A stretch of 64,000 bases of DNA from Lophium mytilinum (taxonomy: Eukaryota): contig MU004182.1 of the NCBI GenBank assembly GCA_010093605.1, positions 1,969,195 to 2,033,194 of the forward strand, given 5' to 3'. The translations under genes were made by a program, and so were the position numbers. Positions 44,162 through 56,102 of this stretch are shown piece after piece. Each line of letters starts with the position of its first letter. Position 1 is the first letter of the stretch. The notes under the pieces are model-generated. The model worked only from the letters and a program-made list of their open reading frames with translations. It searched no databases and was not told the DNA's origin.

Positions 44162-45911
44162 ATGACGAACGGACCCAACAGAGAAGAAGATCTGGAATTG
44201 AGTCTATGCACTAATACCCTCATCAAAGCTGAGCAGAAGGATGCTATCGGACCACAAAAACCGAGCAGTCAGGACAAGCAGGACGAGCAGAAAGATGAGC
44301 CTAACCTAAACGATATCGAGAATACCAAGCCAAAAGGCCTCGTGGACGACAGGCCTTACTCGATCTTCTCCCATAATGAAAAGAGAATCATCATCCTCTG
44401 TGCTGGTTTCTCCCAATTCTTCTCTCCAGTCTCTGGCCAAATTTACTTCCCATCACTCGAGACCATCGCAAAAGACCTACACGTGTCTTCATCCCTGGTC
44501 AACTTGTCCATTACGGTATACCTAGTGAGTGCCCTCAGACGCAGGCTGAAGTTTGCCTACTAACTTGTGTAAGATCATGCAAGGTTTCGCACCCGCATTC
44601 GTTGGCGGGTTCTCCGACAGTACCGGACGAAGGCCAGCCTATTTCATATGTGCCATCATCTATGCCGCCGCAAACATCGGCCTAGGCCTCCAAAACAACT
44701 ACGCCGCGCTGATGGTCCTACGCTGTCTCCAAAGCGCCGGGGGCAGTGGTAGTGTAGCACTTGCGAATGCCGTCGTGTCCGATCTCGTTACATCCCAAGA
44801 GCGTGGCGTCTACGTCTCGTACTTGTCCGTTGCTCCGCAAGCTGGGCCGTCGCTTGGTCCCATAATCGGTGGCCTACTTGGACAATATCTCGGGTGGCAT
44901 TCCGTTTTCTGGTTTCTACTCATCTGCACCGGTGTCGTGTTCGTACCATGCGCTATTTTCTTTGCCGAAACCTGCAGGGCGGTCGTTGAGGATGGATCAG
45001 TACCTCCGCCCAAGTGGAGACGATGCTATCTCAACACGAAGCTGGAGAGGAGGCTCATGGCGGAAGGGCAGCCCGTTCTTTACGAGAAGAGAGATGAGCT
45101 CGAGAGAAAGAGGAAGCTCAGATTCCCGAACCCTTTGGAGACGGTCAAGATCGTGTTTACGAAGGAGGCAGGCTTCGTGTTGGCATATGTCGGTATTTTA
45201 TGTTGCGCGTACTACGCCACAGTAGCTCTCATCCCCTCCCAATTCGGAACCGTCTATGGCTTCAACCAAATCCAGATCGCACTATGCTATCTGCCTCTAG
45301 GCTGTGGAAGCTTGCTTGCTAGTTTCGTGCGTGGCCGGATTATCGATGCGAGGTACAAGGCCCACGCCAAACGCTTGGGATTTCCACTGGAATACAACCG
45401 CCAGGTTGACCTCAGCGACTTTCCCATCGAGAGGGCTCGCTTGGAAGCAATTATGCCGAATTTGGCTCTCGGCTGCGCATGTTTCATTGGTTTCGGGTGG
45501 ATGATTGAATACAAGGTCAATCTGGCGGGTCCGCTAATTTTTCTCTTCGTCATCGGCTTCTGCGTCTCCGCATCGATTAACACCGTCTCTGTCTTGCTCA
45601 TCGATATATATCCCGGAAAGGCTGCGACCGCGTCTGCTGCTTGTAACCTTGCCCGTTGCTGGTTGGGTGCTGGAGCGACCAGCGGCGTAGCGCCTTTGAT
45701 TGGCAAAATTGGAATTGGGTGGACTACCACCTTCTTTGGACTTCTTGCTGTTGTCTTCAGCCCAATCCTCTGGTACGTTATGCAGAACGGTCCGAAATGG
45801 CGTCGTGCTACCAAGCTAAGGAAGGAGCGGCAAAAGGCTGAACGTGCGGCAAAGGCGGCTACAGGTAATGAGAACGATCAGCAATTGAAAGACCGGGTTG
45901 TCTCTTCTTGA
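44162..45911 (+). CDS. MFS multidrug transporter (DHA1 type), 2 exons
   Basis: Intron 44525-44573; YSIFS, IYFPSL, GGFSDSTGRRP, LRCLQSAG, ERG and GPSLGPIIGGLL motifs; multiple TM segments. Confidence 0.95.
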
Positions 45912-46064
45912 ATGTCATTAAATCTCATATCGCTTTCCTACTCCTCGTGGGCAAATACCAGCTAGTCCCCGAGAGTTCGCGAGCGGTAGAACAACGCGAT
46001 CGTGGTACTCTAGCAAGCAAGAGTAGTTTTGTCTTCCAGGTTTACTTCGCTTTTTGCCACCCAT

Positions 46065-46649
46065 TTAGTGTCCAGACGTGCTTTTGTCGCTTTCTGATAA
46101 TTTGTAGAGCAGCCATCCATACTCTTCGCAACACGCTCTGCCACGAACATGTCGATATTGGCAGTAGGCGCAGAAATCTCGTAATGACATGAAAGATGTC
46201 GATTCTCGACTCACGGTTTCAATGCCATACAAATGGAGGGTTTTGTCTCCTATCAGCCAGGCTAGCAGCCTCAATATTCGAGAGGTGATCAGGACGAAAC
46301 TCTTGTGTTGCAGGCTAGTCCCGAAGGAGTGACTTAGTGCGCGAGCTACCTCTTCGTCCTTTTCCCAGCCTCCCGACGCCGACAGGGACGACATATCCTT
46401 CTCCAATTCCCGCTTACACTCATTGCAAAGATGCGGTAAACCACGGACGAGGGTCCGCACTTGCTGATCGAAACTCTTCAGCTCCCACCAGAAGTCGTCG
46501 AAGAACTCTTGGAGGCGGTCATCACGGCGCCTGCTGGACGTGTCGTCGCGAATTGTGTCAACGCCTTTCCCGTAAGCTTTTGCGGCCTCGATGAACAGCG
46601 GTAAAATGGCGGCGAGTGTCAGCCCCACTGTCTCAGCTCCGGTAACCAT
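46065..46649 (-). CDS. Short or truncated protein consisting of a HeLo/SesA-like fungal N-terminal helical domain
   Basis: MVTGAETVGLTLAAILPLFIEAAKAY start followed by amphipathic helices; possible GTGAGT donor near 46215; no downstream domain. Confidence 0.6.
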   Translation of the reverse strand: MVTGAETVGLTLAAILPLFIEAAKAYGKGVDTIRDDTSSRRRDDRLQEFFDDFWWELKSFDQQVRTLVRGLPHLCNECKRELEKDMSSLSASGGWEKDEEVARALSHSFGTSLQHKSFVLITSRILRLLAWLIGDKTLHLYGIETVSRESTSFMSLRDFCAYCQYRHVRGRACCEEYGWLLYKLSESDKSTSGH

Positions 46650-47088
46650 TTGGAGACCTAGTCTGCAGTCGTATGCGTGGTGTCGAAGAGACTGGAGATC
46701 GTCCGGCAGCTGGTTTGGGCACACAGCTATACCACTGTTCCGGTGCTGCTCTGGTAATCTAGACAGCGTTGAGGCACTCCCGAAAGGTTGCCCAGTCAAG
46801 ACGCTGCTTAGAGACCGCTGTGTGAAATATGGTATCCCACCTGGACTGTAAGATTCACTCTGCGCAGCAAAAACAAGCGATCCAGAATCTGTGACTTGTT
46901 ACTATACTAAGAAGATAGCCGGCATAATGAGGTGGCAAGTAGTGACGATGGGGAAGCCGAACGTGGATGGAGACTAGCGCAACACTACGAATAATAGCAG
47001 GTGAGAAGAGACGCGAGATTGGTAGAGGCGTGATACTTTAGAGTTGCCCATATATAGGGTACGCAGGCTCATCTAGGTATTTATCTCT

Positions 47089-49033
47089 TCATTTCCGGTC
47101 AATTTCAATACCTTCCATAGTCCCCGCCTTCCGCCATTTATCAAGCATCTCGTTATACACCGGAGAATCAAGCCCAAGAGATGCACCACGAGCTGTAGAA
47201 GGTGATAATGTACCTTCCGAATTGAGGTAACCTAGTATCCGAAAGAGATCAGCAAAATTCGAGGAACGCAGGTGGCGATTTTGCGGGAGAGGACTCTGAC
47301 TAACCGGGCGTGCACTCTTTGAAATAGCCTAGTCTGGCTATCGCAACGTCCTCCATCCTTTTCACCCAGGCGGCTTCAGCTTCTTCTGTCGGCTCAATGG
47401 TTCTAATGCCCCTCTTCTTCGCCTCCGAGATGAGGTAGGCGGCGTGCTTGGCACGCTCACTTAATAGACCTGTATAATTCGGTGATGTGGAGCTCTGTAG
47501 ATGAGTAAAGGTTAAGAAGTTGGGGAAGTCTCGCCCGATGATACCATGAAGGGTGCTCGGGCCGTCTTCCCATTTCTCCGTCAGAGTAAGGCCATTCCTC
47601 CCCTTGATAGTCATGTTCGCTCGCTGCGAGTAGTCAGTTCCCCAATCAAAGCCAGTGGCATAGATGATGCAGTCCAGCTCAAACTCCTTCCCGTTCGACA
47701 CGACACCCTTTTCGGAAACTTTATCAACGCCTTTCCCATCCGTGTGGATAAGGTGGACGTTAGGATAATTGAAGCAGTCCAGGTATTCGTTGTGGAAGCA
47801 AGGTCGCTTGCACAGGCGGCCGTACCAAGGCTTGAGAGCCTCAGCTGTCTTTTTGTCTTTCACGATCTCTTCGACGCGAGAGCGTAGCGATTCCATTGCT
47901 TTTATGTCTACTTTTTTGAGGATGTCGTCCATGGGCGTGGAGGAGTCCTTCCCGAGAGCTTCCATGGCGAGCATGAAATGAGTCCAGCCATCGTTGACGA
48001 GATCTATATCTTGTGGCTGGCCCGAAAGAATGCGCTCAAAGTTCTCCGCGCGGTGTTCTTGCCAGCCTGGTTGAAGGGACTCAAACCATGTACGATCAGT
48101 TGGGGGGTTCGGCTTTGCGTCCACGGAGGAGGGTGTCCGTTGGAAGACATAAACCTCAGCCCCTGATCTCGCAAGGTGGGGAAGGGCTTGGATAGAGGAA
48201 GCTCCTGTTCCAACAATCCCAATCCGCTTTCCACGAATCTTGTCCAAAGGCGCGTTGAACCGGTCGCCGCCGGTGTAAGCAAAGTCCCAGCGCCCTGAGT
48301 GGAAGCTGTGGCCGGCGAAATTTTCGATCCCTTGAATGCCAGGTAGGTGGAGTTTGTGTAGAATTCCGATGGCGGAAATTACGAACCGTGCTCGAATCGT
48401 GTCTCCTCGTGAGGTGGTGGCGACCCAGCGAGCTAGGGAGTCAGACCAAGTGAGTGACAAAACTTCCGTTCGAAAATGAGCTTTAGCCTGAAGATTATTC
48501 ATCTTGGCGATATTGAGAGCGTGGGCGTGGATTTCGGCCCCTGGGGCGAACTTGGCCGTCGGTACGTACTTCGTTTCTTCGAGCAGCGGTAGATAGATGT
48601 AACTTTATATGTTAGGCTTTGAGCAGTAACATTATGCACAGAAATGGTGGAATACATACGCTTCTGTATCACACTCTACTCCTGGATACCTATTCCAATA
48701 CCACACACCTCCAAAATCTCCCGCTTTATCTACAATTCTAATATCATCCACCCCGGCGTCAATGAGCCTCGTAGCAGCTAACAAGCCCCCAAATCCACCC
48801 CCAACAATCAGAACCTCGACATCTTCATTCACGGGATCTCGAACGATTTCCTCTGTCCATGGATCTATAGCAAACCTTGCAAGTTTGCCTTTGGCCTCAC
48901 GAAATTGGCTGGTCCCGCTCTTGTTCAAACGCTTCTCGCGTTCCTCGCGGTACTTGTCGTCTAGAGCCTTCACCTCGGGCGTGGGCTTGGTGGCAGGTGC
49001 GCCAAGATCTTCGACTTCTAGAGACGGAGCCAT
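47089..49033 (-). CDS. Baeyer-Villiger monooxygenase (FAD/NADPH), 3 exons
   Basis: GGGFGG, GGVWYWNRYPG, BVMO fingerprint FAGHSFHSGRW, GTGAS, KRPCFHNEYL, ATGF, CTPG. Confidence 0.95.
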
Positions 49034-51269
49034 GTGGGGGTCTTCAAGGGGGTAAAATCGGCGTTGCTGGGGAGATACAAGTAGAATCGCCGGGACTCGG
49101 GAGGAAGGGACAGGAAGAAAAGTTTCGGGGCTAGGCACGAGGTGCAGAGCCTATATAGCTCTTGTTCAGATTAGGTGTTGAAGCAGTTCCACGAAGCAAC
49201 AAGCGTTCCGAAGCACAGTTCTGTAGCGTAGACATCCCGTCAGAAAAAGTGTAGATGTACCCCGCCTCTCGGCCTTACTAAGTACGTAGCAAGCTACATA
49301 CTTACAGTCTATGAAGCGTACTCTCATGGATTGATTTGGCCCGGAACTGTCACGGAATTGGGTATCTCCGGTGGCAGCATCATCTCTTCTATGACATGCC
49401 GAAGATCAATGGGCGTAGGCTCTAGCATTATCATAGAATAAGTAGAAGACTTGGAGATAAGTCTGGAATACTATATCTGATATGTCTTTGTGTTACGGCG
49501 TTCTAGGTTGCAACGAACGAGCAATGACATCACGTGACTTATGCCGACCTCAACCAATCAGAGGTGACGGCTTTCCGAGGGGCTACCGAACTGCATACCC
49601 CAGTGAGGCCGCCACGAACTGTAACTGCACTGGACACTATCGTGGGAATTTGCACATAGCGATGGTACCGAGACGAATCGCTACAACGGCAGCGCTGTCC
49701 ACTATTAACACGACGAATAGCGTATGCTACACGAGCGTCTCGTCCAAGCCGTCCTCGCGGATGATAGAAGAGTCATAGTTGGACGAAAAGACTGACGACT
49801 AGGTCTTCTGATTTTGGACCGTTGGCACAAACTTCATAAAACATCGAGAGCGAGGCAACGGCAACCACAGGAATCGCAAACACATCACTTGCACACCGTG
49901 GCGCACTGGTTGGAACCGAAGTCAAACCAGCTGGTGCCAAGCGGTACACCTGTGTGGACCTGTTAAATGAAAGAATGGCTTCCTCCGTGACGGCATATGG
50001 TCATCTTTACCACTACTGACCACACAAAGCCGACATGACCATGGCTCGCTGTTCCCTTACTCATGCCGCGACCACGTTCACGTACTCGAATGGAACAGCA
50101 ACCTCTATGTCTTGAGTTGCTCTTATCCTGTGCTTCCAGACTATTTATATCTCAACCCAATGCCTCGTGCTGGTGGTTTGATCTCCAGAAAAGTTTACAA
50201 ACGCCTGAAAAAGACAGCTGGAGTTACCTTTCGATAAGCTTGTGGTGAAAACATGCGGCCATCATGGCATTCTCTCCACATTTACAAATCAGTTGCTAGA
50301 CGGTAGAACGCCCATCGTTCTAATGGCGTGCTAACAAGCTCTAAATACAGGTAGGTCAAATATGTTAAAGTCTGTTGCTTCGAGTTCTGTAGATCTTCCG
50401 CCAACTTAGATCAGAATTGTTCTGCCTCCTGGATTGAAGACTTTTGACAGGTTTTCAACTTCCATCCAAGTTTTTCTTTCTCGTCGCCAACATGCCAATC
50501 AGCGGCTAAAGAACGGCTCTGCAATCTTTCAGGCTTTTTCCCCTTGTTTGAATTGGCATTTACTTTTTCAAGAATAGCTTTAATGGTTCCACGCAATTTG
50601 AACAAACCGCAATTGCAGTAGTATGAGCAATCTTCTCTATCCGTATAGAAGAGACTCCACTCTCCCTCTCTATACTTTTATCGCAGTACTTCACTCTTTT
50701 TCTCTGCTAATCGCTCGCGATGTGGCCTTTTTACTGTTTATTTCCTATCGAAAAACCCCATAACTCAGTCTCGAGCAAATGATATATTATGGCGTTCGAA
50801 ACTTAGGTCTACTCTTGAGATCCCCTTTCGGCTCCATCATGTCTGTGTTACAAGCTCTTTACTCTTCGTGCGGCTGAGTTAGGCTTTCTGACCGATTTTC
50901 TAAATCGTTACCCACCATGAGGGCTCAAATATCTGGTCAAGATTGAGTCCTAGCTCACCGTTACTCTACATTGCACGTTTATACGTACTACTCAACTGCA
51001 GACCCCCTGTACGCAAGCACCTCTTCATGGATCCCTATTCGATTCACTGAGCTGCATATGAAGGCCCCTTGACCATCGCTAAGTAGATCCAGAAGTGAAC
51101 TGAAAGGGCCATGGTGTAGATATTTAAGGCTGTCTTCCTGTTTCAGGGCACTCATCATTTCTTACTGCATTGCAATCCACCCAAGCCACCACCACCACTA
51201 CCAATACCGGGTCCGACAACAATCGTCAAGCTTTTATGTTAAAAGTCGTTATAACATACTCACGGTCCA

Positions 51270-52919
51270 ATGGCTTATCCAAGAATTGTCGCTTTTGATC
51301 TTGAGTAGGTCTCGTTCCTCCTCACGGTCAACACACCTAATGTATGCCTTAGTGGCACGCTCTGGCACAATTGGCTTGACGGAAACAAGATTGGTTGCAA
51401 GGGATGGGTTAGTAATGCATTGGAAGATAATCTAGAAATTGTGGGGAATCAAATAAGAGACAAAAGGTTTGTATTAGATGTACTAGTCCCGCAATACCGT
51501 ACTAATAGGCATCATTAGAAACAAGTCGGTCAGAGTTAAGGTGTCTGACGATGTGTTCAACATAATCAGTGATCTAATCGGGAATCGGGTCAAAATTGCC
51601 ATTGCTTCGAGGAACACGCACAAGTCTTTGTATCTGTACTCCTCTATTAGTTTTTTTTTCCAATTTATTGACTTGGATCTTAGGTGCGACCGCGCACTGT
51701 GGTTGTTAAAGGTTTTCGACCCACGCACAAACCAGTGGAGACCCCTCTCGGATTTCATAGTATACAGTGAAATATACAATGGTAGGTCGTGTTCTTCGCG
51801 CATGGTGTCTGTGTACTAATATTTGTAGAATCTAAACAAATACATTTTGAACGCATTAAAGAATATAGTGGAGTTGAATATCACGATATGGTAGGATCAC
51901 CCTCTTCGCTGATCGGTGGGCTTAGCTAACGCGCGTGCCAGCTCTTTTTCGACGACCAGGCCGCGAACAGCGAGGTAGAAATGTGGCAAGGTACACCCGT
52001 TTCTTATCTACAGTAACATAAGTATATACTTACCGTACCCATAGGTGTTACATTCCAGAAAGTGGCCCACTCTTCCCGTGGTCTTATGCTGGGAGAATAC
52101 TTTCATGGTCTGGAAGTATGGCGCCAAAACCAATACATGAGGTGTCCAATGCCGAATGCAGGCCCCGATCCACTTCCCAACCGACGGCATATAGGCTATG
52201 TCGGTACGGATTGGTTCACCGGACAACGCTATGCGGAAGGGATGCGGCGCCTCAAGAGCAGCCGTCCGTCGCGGTGGGGTTGGGGCATGTATGTTGCAGA
52301 CAACCCGGAGATGTAAGCTCCTCTCCCTTCGAGATTGATATTCAGCCTGCTCACATAGATGATATAGGGCCGCATTTTTCGCGAGGTGGGGACGAGAGAA
52401 CGACCCCGACACGAACATCTACATATGTAGATTATTTGTACGAGATTTTGAAATCTTTAGGCAAATGGACAAGGTAGGTTACTCCTGATCATACTACCCA
52501 CCATACCTCCTTACGAACCTATCTATCAGGTCTGGGTCGCGGAGAAGGGGTCCATTCACCGAACAGACAACCACCATAGCACTGATGAGCAGATTGCGGA
52601 GAGCCAGCTAAAGCGGGATAAACTTATCGCGAGAACGTTCAAAGTGGATAAGCCCTATGTTCTCTTTTCTAGGCACCACTGGATGCGGGAGATGCGGGCT
52701 ACAAATCTCCCTCACGGAAAACGGTTCAATGAGATGGTCCTGTACCCTCAGGTCCAGGATGCTCTCTTCTATGGTGAACCAATCAAGGTCTCAGACGCAC
52801 GTCCACGCTTCTTTGGGCCGGACTACAAGGTATTGAACTACCATACTAAGATGCGACCATGGAATATCCTATGTAATGAGGAAACCGAGGATGACTTCTT
52901 GAGTCATGGCGAGGCTTGA
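51270..52919 (+). CDS. MDP-1-type HAD phosphatase with an extra C-terminal ADP-ribosyltransferase-like domain, 9 exons
   Basis: Eight GT-AG introns give MAYPRIVAFDLDGTLW...IAIASR...SKQIHFERIKEYSGVEYHDMLFFDD...GVTF, then HIGYVGT...RWGWGMYVADNP...FNEMVLYP. Confidence 0.88.
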
Positions 52920-53873
52920 TAGCCTTGAGTGGATTATGGGGTTTAAGAGTATGGTATCGTTTCGAATCTGTAGAGTAGAATGCTATCTAAGTCGTGTACA
53001 GAAGGCACTGTACGGTAATATATTCGCAAAGTCTCCAAGCACGCCTCCTCTAGGCAATTCAAGTGATACTAACGTGATACGTACGTATACGGTGCTTGAT
53101 GGCACGTCCTCTCGCTTATGAAAACAAGGGGAAGCCTATTTTAGGGGCCGGGAGGCTTGGGGCTGTGCAGGAGCACAAGCTGGCCCATGCTGGTGAACGA
53201 AGCGCCGATCATTCGCTGCCTGGGAGACATCATCGTTCTTCCCCAGCGCTCTGGGCTGCTTTAAAAGGTCCTACTGCCGTTCTACCAATCTCATGTGCTA
53301 TAGCATATATATATCTTAGAAGAGGCCGGTCAAAACCTTCACGGTGAGCTGCAGACTACCTCAGAGACCCTTCCCAAACGTCGGCACAAGGCTGAGACAT
53401 CTAGCCTCGCGCATCGACCAAACAGAAGCCACCATGCAAGCCTCAATATCCCCACGGCCCGCATCCGTCGATGCCGAGTTGGCCAAGCTCGTGTTTTCAT
53501 CTCTCACTCCAACCGCCCAGCTCGACTCGCTGTGCAACAAGGAGAATCCCGCCTCTTTGCGTGAAACTGACACCAGCCGGGGCGCAATAGCGTGCGCTGG
53601 TTGGTTCATGCACGCGACGTTTGCTTCACAACAGAGCACACCGGCTGCGGTACCGCTATGGCGTTGATCTGGAACTCAAGAGCTGAAAGACGAGAACAAG
53701 GGCCCCGGCACCTTAAAACGAGATGATTCCCGTGAGAGGAGTGGTTTTGTGCGACGTAAGCTGAAAAGGTGTTGACAGTTCCTCAGATCTCATATACTTT
53801 GATTTTTCTCTACTCGTTTCTTCTTTTCTCTCAAACTTCAGCTTTCGCATCGTTCAATACCCTCTCACACAGA

Positions 53874-54888
53874 ATGGAGTCAAGAGAGCACATCATCGCG
53901 GTTCCGAAATGGACCTTAGCACTCCGCATCGTGTCCCTCGCCCTTGCAGTCATCATCCTCGGTCTGAACGCCTATGGTATCCATTGGTGGGCTTTTGACA
54001 AGCTTATCTTTTCTCTCGTCGTCGTACGTGGAACCATCGAATGACTCTGGAAGCTCAGATCAGCTAACTTCATCGCAGTGCCTTTGCACAATCGGAGTAG
54101 TCATCTACATGATAGTAGCTACGCTGGTGACTCCAAAGGCCTATAACATGTGGGCTTTCCTTGCGCTTGACATCTGGATGGTCATCTTTTGGCTCATTCA
54201 GTTCGCTCTCGTGGCTAGCCTTGCGGCTGCCTTCGCGAGCGCTTCGTCGTATGTCTATAGCTATGGCTACAGCTACTACTGGAAGCGTGGCGACCTTAGC
54301 AAGCGTGACAGTACGACGTATGGCGCGTACTATGGTGCTCTAGTTGCTGGAGCAGTCTTCGGAGCGTTCAACTTGTGAGTAAATCCGTGACAGAAAGTTC
54401 ATGTCAATGGCGATCAGTATATTAATAATTGTAGCATTCTTTTCCTGGTGAACCTCATCATCTTCAGCATCCACCTTCACAAGCACCGTCTCTCCGGCGC
54501 GCCATCTACAGCACCTCCTGGCTACAACGGCAATGCCGATGTGCCTACTGAGAAGTACAAGAATGGCGCCCAGACTTATCAGGCACAGCCCCAACAAATG
54601 CCACAACCTCCTCAGCCAATCGCCCAACCTCAGTACGGCCATCCCCAGTATGCCCAGCCACAACAGCCTGCTCCTCCCCAATTCACAACTCCATACACTC
54701 AGGCCGCAGACCCAGTGAGCAGGCAAGAAGCTATCAGTCCTATATCCAATTTCGGCCACCCTGTAAATGCGTCGGAGCTATCCACCCCTCAGCACACGGG
54801 AGGGAATCCTAATGCGGTGGAGCTATCGGGTCCGCAACATACAGGGAACGCTAATGCAGTGGAGTTGGGTGCGGGTGGCTATAAATGA
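53874..54888 (+). CDS. MARVEL-like four-TM membrane protein with P/Q-rich tail, 3 exons
   Basis: LRIVSLALAVIILGLNAY and YNMWAFLALDIWMVIFWL; introns near 54024-54078 and 54376-54433. Confidence 0.85.
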
Positions 54889-55089
54889 TCATATGAGAAT
54901 CTTTTGTCAAGAGGAGGATTTCATAGGCCATAAATCGGGTACCGCGTTCGAAGACGAATCAGTCGGGATCGTAGGACTCGGTTTCCTTGGCTCTGATATT
55001 CATATCACACGTAATCAAGCCTCGTTTATACCTTCCTCAATCCTCCTAACGTTAATCTTTAGCTATACCTAAACAAGCCGACCAATGTC

Positions 55090-56102
55090 CTAACCTCTTC
55101 CTCCCTCATCCGTAGCCGTCGCTTCGCCCATTTGATACCTCCTCGCCTGCCCACCTAACTCCCTCTCCTCCATCCTCCTGATGAGCTCTAATTCCCCTAA
55201 CCCCTCCTCTTCCATCATCGGCGCTCCAGCAGTAACCAGCCAATCCTCCCCCCTCCTGTCATAGCTTGGAGGCGATTGTTCATCCCCCGCTCCCAGCTCT
55301 CCCTCTACCCTCACATCATCCCTACTACTCCGCTCTACCTGCTCCGTATACTCCTCAGACACCACAATCCTCCTCTTAATCCTAAACGACCACTGCAAAC
55401 ACACCCACCCAAGCGTCTGCGCTCCAACCGCTCCCCACGTCAGCCCCAACCACACCCTTCCCACACTCACATCCAAAACCTCGTATAAACGCGCATGCCT
55501 CGCGAAACCCCTCGCCGACGCCGTCAACTGCGCGGCGCCAACAAAATAATTTCGTACTCGCGCCGATTCGGCTCACTCTCACCCCACGGCCTGACTTTGA
55601 ACGTCCTCAGCTTCGCCAGCGCGTCGCCGACCCTGAACGTACGCCCCGGGCTGGATAAGAGGCAGTGGAGCGGGTAGATGCTGTTCTCGTCCTCGGGCCG
55701 CGCACAGCACCCGTTCAGGTACACGCGGAACACCCAGGTCTGTTGTCAGGCGCCCAAGGTAAGGTAGGCGTAGGGGTTTAGGAGGCTGGAGTTGTATGGC
55801 GGCTCCTGGCCGTCAGTGGTGTTCCAGCCGCTCAGCTCGATTGAGAAGCGGAGAATGGAGACGGGGTCGCCGAGGGCGCGTTGGTGGGAACGTTGGGTGG
55901 TCCCCGGGGTGATGGCGGTGCCGGAGATGAAGGTGGTGAGGGTGAGGGTGATGGCGAGGAGGTGGAGGAGGATGGTGAGGGTGAGGATGATGGGGGAGTT
56001 GCGGCGGTCGTTGGGTTTTGTGTATGGGGGCGGTGGAATGGGGAGGTGAGAGATGGGGTTGCTCCTGGGCGAGGCTGGGGGTTGGGAAGGGTCGGTGTGC
56101 AT
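55090..56102 (-). pseudogene. SUR7/PalI-like membrane protein pseudogene
   Basis: N-terminal TM, in-frame TGA at 55748-55746, FRVYLNGCC...C motif, frameshift near 55525, then VGRVWLGLTWGAV terminal TM. Confidence 0.6.

Noticed and set aside
50400..50720. Minus-strand fragment ...YTDREDCSYYCNCGLFKLRG...
   Set aside because: Looks coding but is interrupted and unassignable.
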